Part shown: positions 48,601 through 57,519 of the stretch, in pieces
Numbering within the stretch: the first letter of the stretch is position 1
Layout: the number at the start of each line of letters is the position of its first letter
Virus record (IMG/VR): IMGVR_UViG_3300032293_001439
Location: 5,290-69,289 of that record
Source of the DNA: a virus
Taxonomy: Duplodnaviria; Caudoviricetes
Direction: 5' to 3' (one strand)
Length of the DNA stretch: 64,000 nucleotides
Position numbers and translations under genes: made by a program
The notes under the pieces: generated by a model
Database searches by the model: none
What the model saw: only the letters and a program-made list of their open reading frames with translations
What the model was told of the DNA's origin: nothing

Positions 48601-50883
48601 GCCATTAACAACGTTTCCATCAACGCCTCTCCATCTTCTGGAGTAATTTGTTTTTAGTGTTGTTTGTTCGCCATAGCCGTGTGGAATTCCACTAATATAC
48701 GATAGTCTTTCATTACCAACATCGCTGTTAATCAAAATATCATCTGACGATTCTCTACCTAGTGGTAATAGTTTGATATCTTTTAGGCCGAGTTCTTTTG
48801 AGCTTGGTGTACCAAAGGTATGCAGCATCAAACCGTTGGATGGCTTGTAGTAGATTATTAATTGAACTGTTGATATGCTCGCCCCAGTTGGTATTGGATA
48901 TAAATCTAGATATAGATTTTCAAAATACGAACTAAGAGAATAATCTGTGGCATTTCCTAGTTGGTTACTATCTAAATAAATATTAAGTGGGATGGTATAC
49001 TCTTGGAATGTTGTGCCGCTAATTACAGGTAGAGATGATAATAGATAATGGTCACCAGCACTAACACTCGTAATTGGATTTTCGTAGTAAGAAGCCTTGT
49101 CTGATATGCTTTCTGCGGATAGAGCGAGATCATCTACGCCCCTAAAGCCAGACACCGATGGTATTAAACCAACACCACTTTCTGCATTTTGTAAAAATGC
49201 GCCAACTTTTGGTGTTATATTTAACAACCTATCATCACTATACCCAACAATATCAAGAACATAATTATCTGATCCCACAGCTTTTTTAGCAACAACTTTT
49301 AGTTCTATGCTATCAATCTTAAAGAAACTGTCGGTTTCTGCTACGCTTTGTAACTCTGCTGAATCAAAATTATTATTACCAAAACCAAAAGCACCCTCCG
49401 TTAACGTTGATGCATATCTTGGTGGTGTATGGCTAAATTTTAATGTAAGTCTTCCGCTGTCAGGAACTGGATTATTATTTATTAGCGTTATGTAATCCGA
49501 AACTGATGTATTTTGCAATTTATTTAATAGAACAATAGATCCGCTTGTGCTAGTGTTATACGCTATATTAGAAAATGCATCTGGAGATGACTGCCACAAA
49601 CTATAACCTTCTGGATATATACCAGCATCATATGTATTAATTAATACTTGGCTTGGCAATATATTTCTAGATAATCTTTGTCCAACAGAATTTACCTCTA
49701 CATAAAAACCGAGTTTAGATTCATATTTGGTTCCGCTTGGACTGCAAGATGAACATAGTTCGCCACTATTTCCAATTTCGATTGCAGATATTCTTAAAGA
49801 ATTTGTTGGATTAAGTATGTAGCCCTGAGATTGGGCTGACATTGGTGATCCATCTACAGATAGATAATCGTTGTTAGATGTATTAAGAAAGTCTACTGAA
49901 CAAACTAACTCTTCGTAACCTTTATCGAAACCTTCAGCGAATGGATCGTCTAAGCAAATAACATCAAAATCCATACTAAGAGTATAACCACTAGCAGCAC
50001 CCAGTATTGGATAATTTTCATCCCAAGAGTGTAGATTAGCATTATTAATTAGTGGTTCTGAAATATATGTGGAATAATTTACATAGTTATTAGCATAATT
50101 AGCATCACCACGTAAAAATACTTCTTTATATTTGATTATAAGATTACCAGATGGATCTTCTAATTTAATGTTGTGTATGCGATACTCTGGGGCAATGTCC
50201 GATCCATAATTTGATAATGGGGCAGAGGCACGTATAAATAGGAAGCTATTTTTTGGATGATGATATGGTTTATTAACTTCGCATTTGTATCTAAATGTGC
50301 CACTGGTAAAAACAGATGATGGCTGTATAAAAGATAGATTATCGTCTGATATTCTATTGCTCTGTTTTAGATTTTGATTATAGTTTCCAGTAAATACCCC
50401 TTCGTCAATGCTTTGATACAAATTACCAGATGATAAATTCTTATTAACAAAGTAGCTGTTATTTAGGCTGGTTGTTATGTCTCTTATTGGATATAATTTT
50501 TGTACTGAGGCAAAGTTATCTATATCATTTAGCCCATCAATATTGCCACCAAACTTATCAGCATATAGGTCATTGATATTAATAGAGGAAGATAGTCTTG
50601 ATCTTGCTACTCCATTAACAACTAGGTGGGCTTTTATATCAACTATTTCTACAGCACCCAAAGCCCTTACATTATGAGATAGCTTGGGCTTGCCTAATAT
50701 TTTACCAGAGCCAGAAAGTTTACCTTTTAACAGTGCTGGTTGTTGAACCTTGTTTGGATTGATCCTTGCAACGCCGCCAAGTTTACCAGATAGAACATTG
50801 CTAAGAGTAGCGTTTGCTCTTATTTTAGAACTTCCATCTACTTTTAGCGAATGATTATTTACACAAATAAAACAATCTGACAT
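39610..50883 (-). CDS. Giant tail protein (3757 aa) with LamG-like domain and seven FG-GAP repeats
   Basis: FG-GAP motifs such as DRFGHAVAIS..VAIGSP, RLGYSVAV..IAIGAP, LFGFAISL..VIGAP, QFGYDVSI..VVGAPG; LamG-like FSLYIRFTP/GVIASKY/LVIG. Confidence 0.75.
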   Translation of the reverse strand: MSDCFICVNNHSLKVDGSSKIRANATLSNVLSGKLGGVARINPNKVQQPALLKGKLSGSGKILGKPKLSHNVRALGAVEIVDIKAHLVVNGVARSRLSSSININDLYADKFGGNIDGLNDIDNFASVQKLYPIRDITTSLNNSYFVNKNLSSGNLYQSIDEGVFTGNYNQNLKQSNRISDDNLSFIQPSSVFTSGTFRYKCEVNKPYHHPKNSFLFIRASAPLSNYGSDIAPEYRIHNIKLEDPSGNLIIKYKEVFLRGDANYANNYVNYSTYISEPLINNANLHSWDENYPILGAASGYTLSMDFDVICLDDPFAEGFDKGYEELVCSVDFLNTSNNDYLSVDGSPMSAQSQGYILNPTNSLRISAIEIGNSGELCSSCSPSGTKYESKLGFYVEVNSVGQRLSRNILPSQVLINTYDAGIYPEGYSLWQSSPDAFSNIAYNTSTSGSIVLLNKLQNTSVSDYITLINNNPVPDSGRLTLKFSHTPPRYASTLTEGAFGFGNNNFDSAELQSVAETDSFFKIDSIELKVVAKKAVGSDNYVLDIVGYSDDRLLNITPKVGAFLQNAESGVGLIPSVSGFRGVDDLALSAESISDKASYYENPITSVSAGDHYLLSSLPVISGTTFQEYTIPLNIYLDSNQLGNATDYSLSSYFENLYLDLYPIPTGASISTVQLIIYYKPSNGLMLHTFGTPSSKELGLKDIKLLPLGRESSDDILINSDVGNERLSYISGIPHGYGEQTTLKTNYSRRWRGVDGNVVNGPYYPAAFDFSFYNPEANNPFLDGYYDLTNISGNFIVSDDYAYSGYYNGSATVLKNIGWRFKNTQLFPHNTDYTTIDWTQSGDPLYGKICDAFDSALRVSGEFGNINFGNVPTNSGFSLYIRFTPDYNMSGVNYNLFNSGVIASKYDSGQELEFWFGFENERLTLKAKDINTVGSPLVSISDSKTYDQYQYPLSTLIYYTPGAMAILAYNEIEDNASPSYGAISTNIIIDSGNSNLVIGHCDASGIGTNIFVHEIGLSIPPSINGEANRSLKRTTFKSFFDSHGHTFLHNTAVNTKFNLSEFINKDTSAWKLGDFKICSFSPDFDSFTKRVGQDYIIHRLKHDGLGYGNTTNFPLPSSLYASGLSYHTQIENDFLRFNLQDIPDVNPEFYTTQPRICKTLPRGYDFKEGSLVVESIIEHETFNDLIWSDSKIGPKLIVSLYSKNQDPVNRPSKVNWGLVNRSIHYLKPSGCWQKLRSTFNYDDLVDTSEPWANFDLDNIRSEFDHKYYSTDINDMFLQYDLAYPSGSPFDSSIKMHSVTVKLEDALTYFADSNNSVNLFASGEKVSRSDVNLYTYGLDYEFNGLNLYVSGQAWPTASSNINLALFGVKGIEYNDLHLFTKNSGIVIDSIPIYVSGGNPRQETSISLVMSDNTLDQTRYSSVQLYVKNRGIEESKNSLFLVQPETFSTFSPFNSGLMSLVTFNEQVITYSTSENFSLYINTDPLYSALSGSLGLFTINYPAFNQQFNQQASITWNENNIGKSISASDNDKAFLSADDEIRGVDLLCYGVCDTENACEEKPIYLHDEYWYNENSCIQGGILRVKDTYTNLNVSGFNSPIGYSGHFYGIRKYDGLIPNAPYNVTVTTKTGNNQSIPLPREFVELDYGSNEYVNYSGVKLTADDARQSGNKYGKSVAAKYDLMAIGAPFQTVSYSEYDAFGNLSTIDLDEAGSVFIYRREARPSGSTWASDKHKSPWSLETKLTLPSGLLKDYPTNIYRNTINGITIPYPITERFWNVGQEGRQFGHSLDIAVNNSLTSFQESKKEVIVVGGPSAKWNRDFEDLATSGVSIGLIIFTDEFTPSLPDPSNPRKNITYTKILETIQNKDLIFQYFSDPPVRFDVKLLICEPIASDSTITTLDFPEPKPAFITKKRIPRNEGIVTEQDTLAVFSGIKVAFEEAFPYDNTKIHNNIPVMLGVYVDNSRSLGRSAVNPALDRFLQYYQNYSFASGLQDFYGIASSGSVYEYVPESVGSEDWISMSNLILNQLLDTGRLVTDNQVRFITSGVGPESFNTNLTQFNHPPSSGGSVYIFEKESGAWNLIQEIKSPEVSYASYDRFGHAVAISEDTNIVAIGSPYINDACKVYQYRESEKERLFNSLYSWITHKNSLAGGLDQRYSDLVDDYASWLETYGFSYSNQILYSKLTATEKFEARDYLEIEEYENIFTYHYKDIPYVGTWEFIPQTFAPTSRLGYSVAVNDDGSTIAIGAPTDSFNSFDDFNVYYKNDGYLDPLNIDNINGFIRPSWKSNVNAGAVRLLESRDYYPHTKAVEFGKFGNLQENLNDPLDSGHFNYLSTIFQDKDFVKTPFDQVSIPSDAGLAFVITPQIDAVSDEVMNNIISWLALGDRNLVLVGNDPVWESSGIYQTSNTIINKILQRLNSRMRLYPAKNEYQSLPSGNSLIVPSYIPKNSTGSYINPLELDTGYGVADIRIHLPGYQKLMPCTENGINTECALPLIDKGDLRAEWKASCVTESCGSRTLEYAVNWPFVFKTFTPQCCEVELETINADRFDLSNLEPVPLLAAGEIGTRSRIIPAVPESYIDVPIFEDRIASTAVTSYIFDEDNIQPSASFVYSASISGYSSYTQNIEGVSDPFYRPSAVEERQSLLQAKAFPITDTLFGRQLVSSVGRFCVEQTFGSSKIIAIANITSESKDSLLSGLGDNAINLYSNLVAKNSSGSAIIAQLGGWTGRTNFTDAYSESILNDVFRNCGNDVRLNVLNLSASDDVCWIANPVGIPSEQQVLDIKAWLNTGNKKLVITHDSTIQQIIKVNNILSLLDSNIQSLYLPVKEEYASAIGVGFVNQSHPVGQGFGLYPISEFFIRDNFVPFDTGVNVVDICSTALPIYDTKIISDGYWKIDSGIDHIVFPAVAGSGYRIFVNVVSENQYETHPLTLYVKNGVEQPKTPFPDLSLLRTVSIKQTSLLEIGPIKDLQNNIQNTVRTLSFDVQVKEGASTLELYVNSIVSRINQTDYIPKTIRLLSVSGVAMPVKQVTIQNNRPYRELIGYTRQKTADAQPEITIVEPIISQISSLNDRYCADEDCLDLGFGNKYIADGPVVVAQEVESISSFNAGVARSRVTVISDSSLVQGRFMSDEFGRMSASTVAFLSSLYPETQFPSDISGKQYINLTKIVGPERGSPQKYLSLRSNNGSRYRFNNSGATASLSSFDSKESMYDPRYVLRSELPWTEDTPEILKEQLRNFEIQEFASDLLNYGATTKFSGIINSQTYIDAGIDGGTPDIMKDTGSDYLDFDVFTSGFPGDLFGFAISLHKNKLVIGAPFTAFSDEEIHNWQYYLDTNGQSGIGLSYNGGAGAVYVYEKTFNGSGIRNTKTPWELIQKIRPSSINIGQDLSNSGNSQSYLSLGPNSYTSNYLNQFSTVTDQFGYDVSIDSDIIVVGAPGHDFDKHSYDTYDSGSYIRKAFNSEFNIPLRTVLELGNSGVRNTIGSGNSVLNNGAIFTFENKVIDWPSRTTKWVFVEKILQQGPKARERYSISASGTENENFGRSVYVHRSNRSDSDYVVVGGAEKHIYSSSGNAPLTNAGAVYSNDIMLRDSYPAIANVNTYIDAKVFGERDGSKNPTVRIITTNAISNQLSYASGIVYSDNNGAIFLEASGQDPASRGFIQHRPFVVSVDGLYRYGTSSSGNMPLFIDSTAINNENMNLFIGSTTGNVYNNIGLYNSAIANFGSGIINFYTDCPDPTQIIESGLPLFTASGIGLSTDTLNMRVRGK

Positions 50884-50887
50884 ATTT

Positions 50888-53800
50888 TTACCTTGGTAAA
50901 TTACTTCTATTTTCTGTCAATTTTCCACCGGGACCAACACTATATTCGTTCTGAATCTTTTGAACAACTTGTTTCATTATTTCTTGTCTTGTCTGATCAG
51001 ATATTTGAGTTAACATGCTTGTGCCATTCAAGTTCACATTAACATTTACACTATCTAGTTTAACTTGTAACTTTGTATTTTGAAGATTTTTTATGCTCTC
51101 ATTAAATCCACTAACGAACGTATTGAATATATTTCCTAGATTGGTGACTAATTGTGGATCTATACCAAGAGCGCCGCCTATGCTACCAAGTAATCCGCCA
51201 CCAGCTTTATACTGAACTCTTCCACCATTATTATAATAGCCAACTTTTCCTCCTCTTGCAAAACCTTGAGATCCGGTATTGTTGTTAATTGCTTCTAATA
51301 GTTGTAGATTATTACCTCTATTCACAGACTCTCTTCTAACAACGAATTCTCCGGGAGTTAACATTGCGGGAACAGTATCAGTACCTCTTGGAACAAACAT
51401 TCCACGGTTTGCATATACAGGACCGCCTCTTGCGAATCCAGCTACAGGATCGAAACTTGGATCTGCGGCTTGTCTACCGCGTTCTTCTATTTGTGCTAAT
51501 TTAACTTCAGCATTGCTTACATTAATGCTAGCTGTTTGTACTTGCATTTCTGCTGTTGCTTGTTGGAATGCGCCAGTTTCACCAAGAACACCACCAAGCT
51601 CTTGTAATCTTCTTTGAGCCGCCGCTTCTTCTGGAGTTGTACCAGCTAGAGTTTGAGCCATTCTTGGATCCATAACTCCTCTAGATGCTAATGCTGCACC
51701 AGCCGCTTGTTCTGTTAATCCTCCGGGACCAGAAAGCTGTCTACCATATAAACTTTGAACACCAGCTTCTTGCTGCCTTTGAATATCTTTAAATGCATCT
51801 CCAACAGCTTTACTACCAAATTGGTTTGCTAAAGTCATATCGCCAGTTGCGATTGCTGCTTGAGCGCCAACTGCGGCTTGTTGTTCAAAAAACTGATCGA
51901 TATTACCACTAATCAAAGATTCTAATGAATCTTTTTCCATCTTATTCTTTTCTTGAATAATCTTTAGTTCTTCTTCTTCTAGCTTGATTAGTGAACGAAT
52001 AGTATCTATTTGATCTTTTTGTGCTTGTTGTAAATTTTGTTGAGTTATATCGGCTTCTGCTCCTGCTCTTCCCTGCATACCGCCGTCCGTTCTTCTTCTA
52101 GTTTCTGTTCCAAATATTCCTCCAGCAATTTGTGCATTTCTTGCTCTAATTTCAGCAACGCTTCCTGTTCTCATTGTTTGCAATCCAGCATTACCAGCAC
52201 CAGCATTTGCCTTTGCTACTATGGCGGCTCGTTTTTCTCCAGATGTAACAGCAACGCCACCATATTTAGCTTGAATATCTCGACCTTCCATATAAAGATC
52301 GACCGCTTCTTTTTGTGCGCTTGCAAGATTTCTTTCAGCGTCTGCTCTCTTATGAATTAAACTAATAACTACCTGTTCAGCTTTTTGTCGCTCTTGAGCG
52401 ATCTTCATTATTTCTTCGAACTGTTTCTTGCCAGCTTCGCTAAGTTTGTCACCAAATACTGATAAGTCACCGGCAAGTAGTTTATCTACTTCTTCTGGAC
52501 TTAGTGGTATATTTTCTATGATAGCTGTTAAATTTTTCTTAGCTTCAGCACCAAGTCCAGCTGTCAATTCAGAAGCAAATGCTTTCTTAATTTCATCTGG
52601 TGTATCACCGGGAGATTGCCCTCTTTCTCTTCTAGCTTGAATATTTGATCTAATCTTTTCAAAGGCTTTATTATAGTTTTGTTGAGCTTGTATGAATGCT
52701 TCTGTATTTGCTCTAAATTTTGCAGGATTAGCACCCATATCACTTAAGTTTTTAGCAACATCATCAACAGCCTGTTTGATTTCAGCAGGATCCATAGCTT
52801 GAGCAGCACTGCTCATAGCTGCGGATAAAAATTCTGTATTAGCAACAAATGTACTGCCACCAACCTCAAGGCCAGCAACAAATCTATCCATACTGGCGCT
52901 CATCGCTGTGGCGGTTGCTGTTGGTCCGCGTAATCCAAGATTCATAGCATCAAAAGCGGCTTTAGCTCTAGCAACCTCTTTTTCAAGGTTTGCCATTTCT
53001 CTATTAACTTGATTAATTTGATCTGTCAATTGATTTACAGATTCTCTTGCGGCGGCAGCTCCTTGTTCATCACCTTTGTCTTGTAAAGTGCTAACTAATT
53101 CAACTTGTTTTGCTAATCTTTGTTGTAGATCATTACCTGTACCTACACCCAAAGCTTGATTTCTAATTTCTTGTGTGCTTTGACCTCTAGCAAATCCAGA
53201 CCTAATCATTGCAGATCTTGCGCCCGATTCTGTTTGAAAAGCTTCATTCTGGAATCTAGAGGCTTGACGAATTTGTTCGGCACTAGAAGCACCAAGTCTT
53301 TGATTTCTAGTATTGGCAGTTTCCATGCCAAATAAACCACCACCAAGATATGCTCCAGCATTTCTAAAAAATGCTCCAGCACCAGTTGATCTACCTTCTG
53401 CGTTGGCAACGCTCAGATCAGAAGCACGACCCTCTTGCTTAACTACTTCTGATGTTGCGGCTCTAATTTTAGTAAGAGCTTCAGAAGCAGAAATACTACC
53501 TCTCTCAAAATCTTCCATAGCATTTGTTGCTGTTTTTTGCGCTTTTTCCAGTTCTTTTTGTGTTTTAACAGCACCAGCTTGAGCAACAGCTAAAGCAATT
53601 TGTTGTTTAGCTGAGTCTCCAACCGCATCATACAACACAAATAAACCGCCAACAACTGCACCAACGGCTCCCCCGATAGCTGTCCCTATTCCGGGAAGAA
53701 AAGATCCTACTAATGCTCCAGCGGCAGCTGCTGATCCAACTGTACCGATGCTTTTAGATCCAATAACACTATTTGAACCAGCTTTTTCTGTAGCAATTGA

Positions 53801-56800
53801 TCTAGCTTTTTCAACATTCCCTTCATTTACAGCATTCTTAAGTCTATTATCAAAATTATATATCTCATCATATAACGATCTAAATATTTTGGCCCCAGCC
53901 GCCGCTGCCGCCGCTACAGCTAATACCGGACCAACAAGTTTTGCAACAGCCTGTGTCGCTCCAACCATTTTAGTTGAAAATTGTTTACTAAATCCCATAT
54001 CCATTAGTCCGCTACGCGCGGTGGATAAAGACCTCATACTAAAACCTTTTCCTGTAGCAAAATCCATTACGCCCTTTTTCGTAAGTTTAAGGCCAAATGC
54101 CTCAAGAGCAAATCCAACACTAGTGATAGTTGTTACTAAGCCTAATAATGAGTGTGTCATTCTTAATAGAGCGCCACTATTTTCATCTACAGCTGGTAAG
54201 AAACCAGCAATTAAACTAGTAGCCATACTAGCAGCAAACATTTTATTATTATTAACAACATCTATGGCGCTCTTAGCAGCACTTTGTTGAGCTTTAGTAT
54301 TAGCGCCCACAGCATTCGTATTTTGTGATATTCCACCAGATTTACTACCCATAGTTCCCGTCATTGTTGCAAACGGATTATTTGCTTGCGTGGTAGCAGT
54401 TCGTGGAGATGATGCTACAGAACTTGTGGCTGCGGCTGTATTAGCTTTCAAAGAACTATTTGCAAGATTTTGTAATGTAGTACCTTGCTGCAAAGCAGCT
54501 GTATTTTGATTAATTCCATTTATATACCTATTGGCTTCTGATAAAACTTTTTGCTGAGAAGCTCCACTAGCTATTAAATCTTTAAAATAAGAGTGCAGTC
54601 CAGAAATAACTAACTCTTGTCCACCTAAAGTGCGTTTATTTGCTTTGCTATTAGCCGCAATAGTGCTACCAAAATTTGGTAGAATGCTATTCAAAAATGT
54701 AGTTTCTCTTTGTACGCGTTGGTATGTTGTTTCTGTGCGTCGAATTATAGAGAAAAGTGACTCAAGAGACATACCTAATCTAGACAAAGAACCAGATGTT
54801 AATTTATCTAACTGAAGAGCAAACTTATCAATACCCTTCACATTAACTAATGCTTGTTCAAGAAGTATGTCGCCTTTTGGTTTAACTCCTGTTCCGGTTG
54901 TGCCAGCAGCAAAACGCTGAACAATTCCACCCTTGGCATACTTGCCAACTTTATTCATACGGTTTAGATTACCGTATCCAATACTTTGGGCAGAAGATCT
55001 ATTAACAACAAATTCACCGGGAGTTAGTAGGGCGGGAACAGTATCTGTACCAACTGAGCCTCCGAGGGCCATTTTTCTTTGTCTGCTCTTGCCTACTTTA
55101 TTAGTTGATATTGCGCCTAACTGTTTGACACCTCTCATGTCTCCAGTAACAATATCTCCAACTATTTTTGAAAATATGGAGTCTGTCATCTTACTATTGA
55201 ATGATCTTTTAGCGTCTGCTTTAATCAAACCAGCTATGTCAGATTCATTAGATCCAAAAAATGCCGCCAGAGCTTTTTTATTTTGTGGCCCAAGGGAAGG
55301 AAAATCAAAAGCCGCCTGACCCCCAGCTAAACCGGCGCCAGTGATTCCTTGTATAATTCCTTCATACATATAGCCGCCGATTGTACTAAAAACTTGTTTA
55401 TCAGATGCCACTCTATTAGCAGCTGTTTTTATAGATCTTTTATTCAAATTGATTGGACCAGAAAGCATTCCGCCTATAGCGTTGGAAGCAGAGATCACAG
55501 CATTTTTAACACCAACCTTGGCATTCTGATCAACTATATTATTAATTGAACTATTTTTTTCTATATCACCTCTAAATGGGAGATAATTTCTTATAGTCGA
55601 TCCTTTTAGCAAAGCGGCTTGATTTCCATTCAGTGTAAATGGCATATCTTGAGCTAAAGAAGTAGTGCCATCTGACCCTTTTTCTGGAGTTAAGAAAAAT
55701 CCACCTACCGCATTTGGTCTAGTTGTAAATGCTCCTCCTGGGTATTTATCAAGTAATTTTTGTCTTTCTTTGGACAGTTTTTCCGCTTGCTTTTGTGTTG
55801 TCTTTGGTTTTTGTGATAATTGATTAGCTAGTCTAGCAGCGGCAGCGTCTCTTTCTTCTTGAGACATTTTGCTCCATCTTGAAGCGGATATAGAAGCTTT
55901 AGCTTTTTTGTAAATACTTGCGGGAGTCATACTTCCATACATAGATCTATTACCAGTTACTATGCCACCAGCCGCGTATTTATTCATAGCAGCAAGATTA
56001 TCAGCACCCAATCTGTTAACGCTACTCTTTTTGATAACAAACTCACCGGGCTGTAACATTGCTGGAACAGTATCACGATTACCAGTACCGGGAACCATGC
56101 CACCTCTTGCAAAATGGTGAACCTTGCCACCGGTACTGTAAGTTCTTCCCGATTGCATACCTCTCATCATTCCACCAGCAAAAGTGCTAATACCTCTAGC
56201 AAAGTTTACAGCAGCAACAGCAGCAAGCATTGGTAACAGTGGCTTTATGGCTTCACCAATTTTAATTAATGCAGAAGCTAATGATAAAGCAGTATTTGCC
56301 ATTATTTGGAATGTACTAGTTTCTGTCATGCTTCGCACTAAAGCTAAGAACTCTTCTTTTACTTTAAGAATTCTAATAGCGAGTGCTTGCTGTGCTGTAG
56401 CAGCATCTTGAGTTAAACTATTTCCAGCCTTGTTGGCAACATTAAGTGCGGCTTGTGCTGTGCTAAACTGTTGTAGCAATGGTAACACTTTACCAATCTG
56501 ACGGAATCCACCAAGCTCTTCAGCAATTCTAATGAACGTAATGTCACCTTCGCCTAATCCAGATAGAGCGGTACTCAATCTTTTAACAGCTTCAAACGGA
56601 CCAACGAATTTACCCTCTAAGTCAACAAGTTCCACACCAAACTGTTTTAAGAATTCAATAGTTTTGGGACGCTGAATACGTGTGAAAATAGTACGTAAAC
56701 CAGTACCAATACTTTCAGCACTTTCACGGGTTGTGGCTCTTACGCTAGTAAATAATGCAATAAGTTCGTTAAGATCGCCACCCGATGATTTAAACACACC

Positions 56801-57484
56801 ACCAGCGCGACGAATAACGTCAATTAAGTCACCAGCTTCTACCGCAAACGCACCAGCAACAGCATTAATAGCACCAAGTTGCTTTTCTAAAGCTCCAACG
56901 CCTTCTTGGAACTGAGCAAGAATAGCAATAGCACCTTCTGTTGTTTCGCTTAAACTATCAAAGTTAGGAGCAAGTGCTGCTTTGGCTAGTGTTTTTAGCG
57001 CAACTTCAGTATCTTTTGCACTAATACCAGCTTGTAATAATAACTGTCCAGTATTTAGTAAATCTTTAGAAGAAACACCAAGACCTGTTGATAAGTCAGT
57101 AATGGCCTTGGTAAGAAATTTTAAATTTCCTATACTTTGACCAGTAACCTGACTAACACGTACCATCTCTCTTTCAAAATCAATAGCTGACTTTATAGCG
57201 TCAGACAATGTTGATGTAAAAAGACCGACTGCTCTTGTGGCAATAGAAAAAGCAGCAAATCTGCGAATAGAAACAGCAAAAGCACGACCCATACGATCAG
57301 CAGCGGTTGTTGCTGCTTGCGTTTGGGCCGTGACTTGTTGCAGTTGACGTTGAGCTTGGGCCGCGCCTTGAACCTGCACATTAACATTTACGTTATTTAG
57401 CTGGCTCTGTATTTGGCGAACGACTTGGGCTACATTGTTTGGTGCTTGAAGTTGTAGTTGTGCGGTTAGTACAAATCTTGACAT
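50888..57484 (-). CDS. Tail tape measure protein (2198 aa)
   Basis: AIDFEREMVRV, TTRESAESIGTGLRTIFTRI, IAEELGGFRQ (TP901-type core); long Ala/Gln helices; hydrophobic Gly-zipper segments. Confidence 0.92.
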   Translation of the reverse strand: MSRFVLTAQLQLQAPNNVAQVVRQIQSQLNNVNVNVQVQGAAQAQRQLQQVTAQTQAATTAADRMGRAFAVSIRRFAAFSIATRAVGLFTSTLSDAIKSAIDFEREMVRVSQVTGQSIGNLKFLTKAITDLSTGLGVSSKDLLNTGQLLLQAGISAKDTEVALKTLAKAALAPNFDSLSETTEGAIAILAQFQEGVGALEKQLGAINAVAGAFAVEAGDLIDVIRRAGGVFKSSGGDLNELIALFTSVRATTRESAESIGTGLRTIFTRIQRPKTIEFLKQFGVELVDLEGKFVGPFEAVKRLSTALSGLGEGDITFIRIAEELGGFRQIGKVLPLLQQFSTAQAALNVANKAGNSLTQDAATAQQALAIRILKVKEEFLALVRSMTETSTFQIMANTALSLASALIKIGEAIKPLLPMLAAVAAVNFARGISTFAGGMMRGMQSGRTYSTGGKVHHFARGGMVPGTGNRDTVPAMLQPGEFVIKKSSVNRLGADNLAAMNKYAAGGIVTGNRSMYGSMTPASIYKKAKASISASRWSKMSQEERDAAAARLANQLSQKPKTTQKQAEKLSKERQKLLDKYPGGAFTTRPNAVGGFFLTPEKGSDGTTSLAQDMPFTLNGNQAALLKGSTIRNYLPFRGDIEKNSSINNIVDQNAKVGVKNAVISASNAIGGMLSGPINLNKRSIKTAANRVASDKQVFSTIGGYMYEGIIQGITGAGLAGGQAAFDFPSLGPQNKKALAAFFGSNESDIAGLIKADAKRSFNSKMTDSIFSKIVGDIVTGDMRGVKQLGAISTNKVGKSRQRKMALGGSVGTDTVPALLTPGEFVVNRSSAQSIGYGNLNRMNKVGKYAKGGIVQRFAAGTTGTGVKPKGDILLEQALVNVKGIDKFALQLDKLTSGSLSRLGMSLESLFSIIRRTETTYQRVQRETTFLNSILPNFGSTIAANSKANKRTLGGQELVISGLHSYFKDLIASGASQQKVLSEANRYINGINQNTAALQQGTTLQNLANSSLKANTAAATSSVASSPRTATTQANNPFATMTGTMGSKSGGISQNTNAVGANTKAQQSAAKSAIDVVNNNKMFAASMATSLIAGFLPAVDENSGALLRMTHSLLGLVTTITSVGFALEAFGLKLTKKGVMDFATGKGFSMRSLSTARSGLMDMGFSKQFSTKMVGATQAVAKLVGPVLAVAAAAAAGAKIFRSLYDEIYNFDNRLKNAVNEGNVEKARSIATEKAGSNSVIGSKSIGTVGSAAAAGALVGSFLPGIGTAIGGAVGAVVGGLFVLYDAVGDSAKQQIALAVAQAGAVKTQKELEKAQKTATNAMEDFERGSISASEALTKIRAATSEVVKQEGRASDLSVANAEGRSTGAGAFFRNAGAYLGGGLFGMETANTRNQRLGASSAEQIRQASRFQNEAFQTESGARSAMIRSGFARGQSTQEIRNQALGVGTGNDLQQRLAKQVELVSTLQDKGDEQGAAAARESVNQLTDQINQVNREMANLEKEVARAKAAFDAMNLGLRGPTATATAMSASMDRFVAGLEVGGSTFVANTEFLSAAMSSAAQAMDPAEIKQAVDDVAKNLSDMGANPAKFRANTEAFIQAQQNYNKAFEKIRSNIQARRERGQSPGDTPDEIKKAFASELTAGLGAEAKKNLTAIIENIPLSPEEVDKLLAGDLSVFGDKLSEAGKKQFEEIMKIAQERQKAEQVVISLIHKRADAERNLASAQKEAVDLYMEGRDIQAKYGGVAVTSGEKRAAIVAKANAGAGNAGLQTMRTGSVAEIRARNAQIAGGIFGTETRRRTDGGMQGRAGAEADITQQNLQQAQKDQIDTIRSLIKLEEEELKIIQEKNKMEKDSLESLISGNIDQFFEQQAAVGAQAAIATGDMTLANQFGSKAVGDAFKDIQRQQEAGVQSLYGRQLSGPGGLTEQAAGAALASRGVMDPRMAQTLAGTTPEEAAAQRRLQELGGVLGETGAFQQATAEMQVQTASINVSNAEVKLAQIEERGRQAADPSFDPVAGFARGGPVYANRGMFVPRGTDTVPAMLTPGEFVVRRESVNRGNNLQLLEAINNNTGSQGFARGGKVGYYNNGGRVQYKAGGGLLGSIGGALGIDPQLVTNLGNIFNTFVSGFNESIKNLQNTKLQVKLDSVNVNVNLNGTSMLTQISDQTRQEIMKQVVQKIQNEYSVGPGGKLTENRSNLPR

Positions 57485-57519
57485 AATGTACCCTTGTTAA
57501 AGCCACACAACACTATCTA

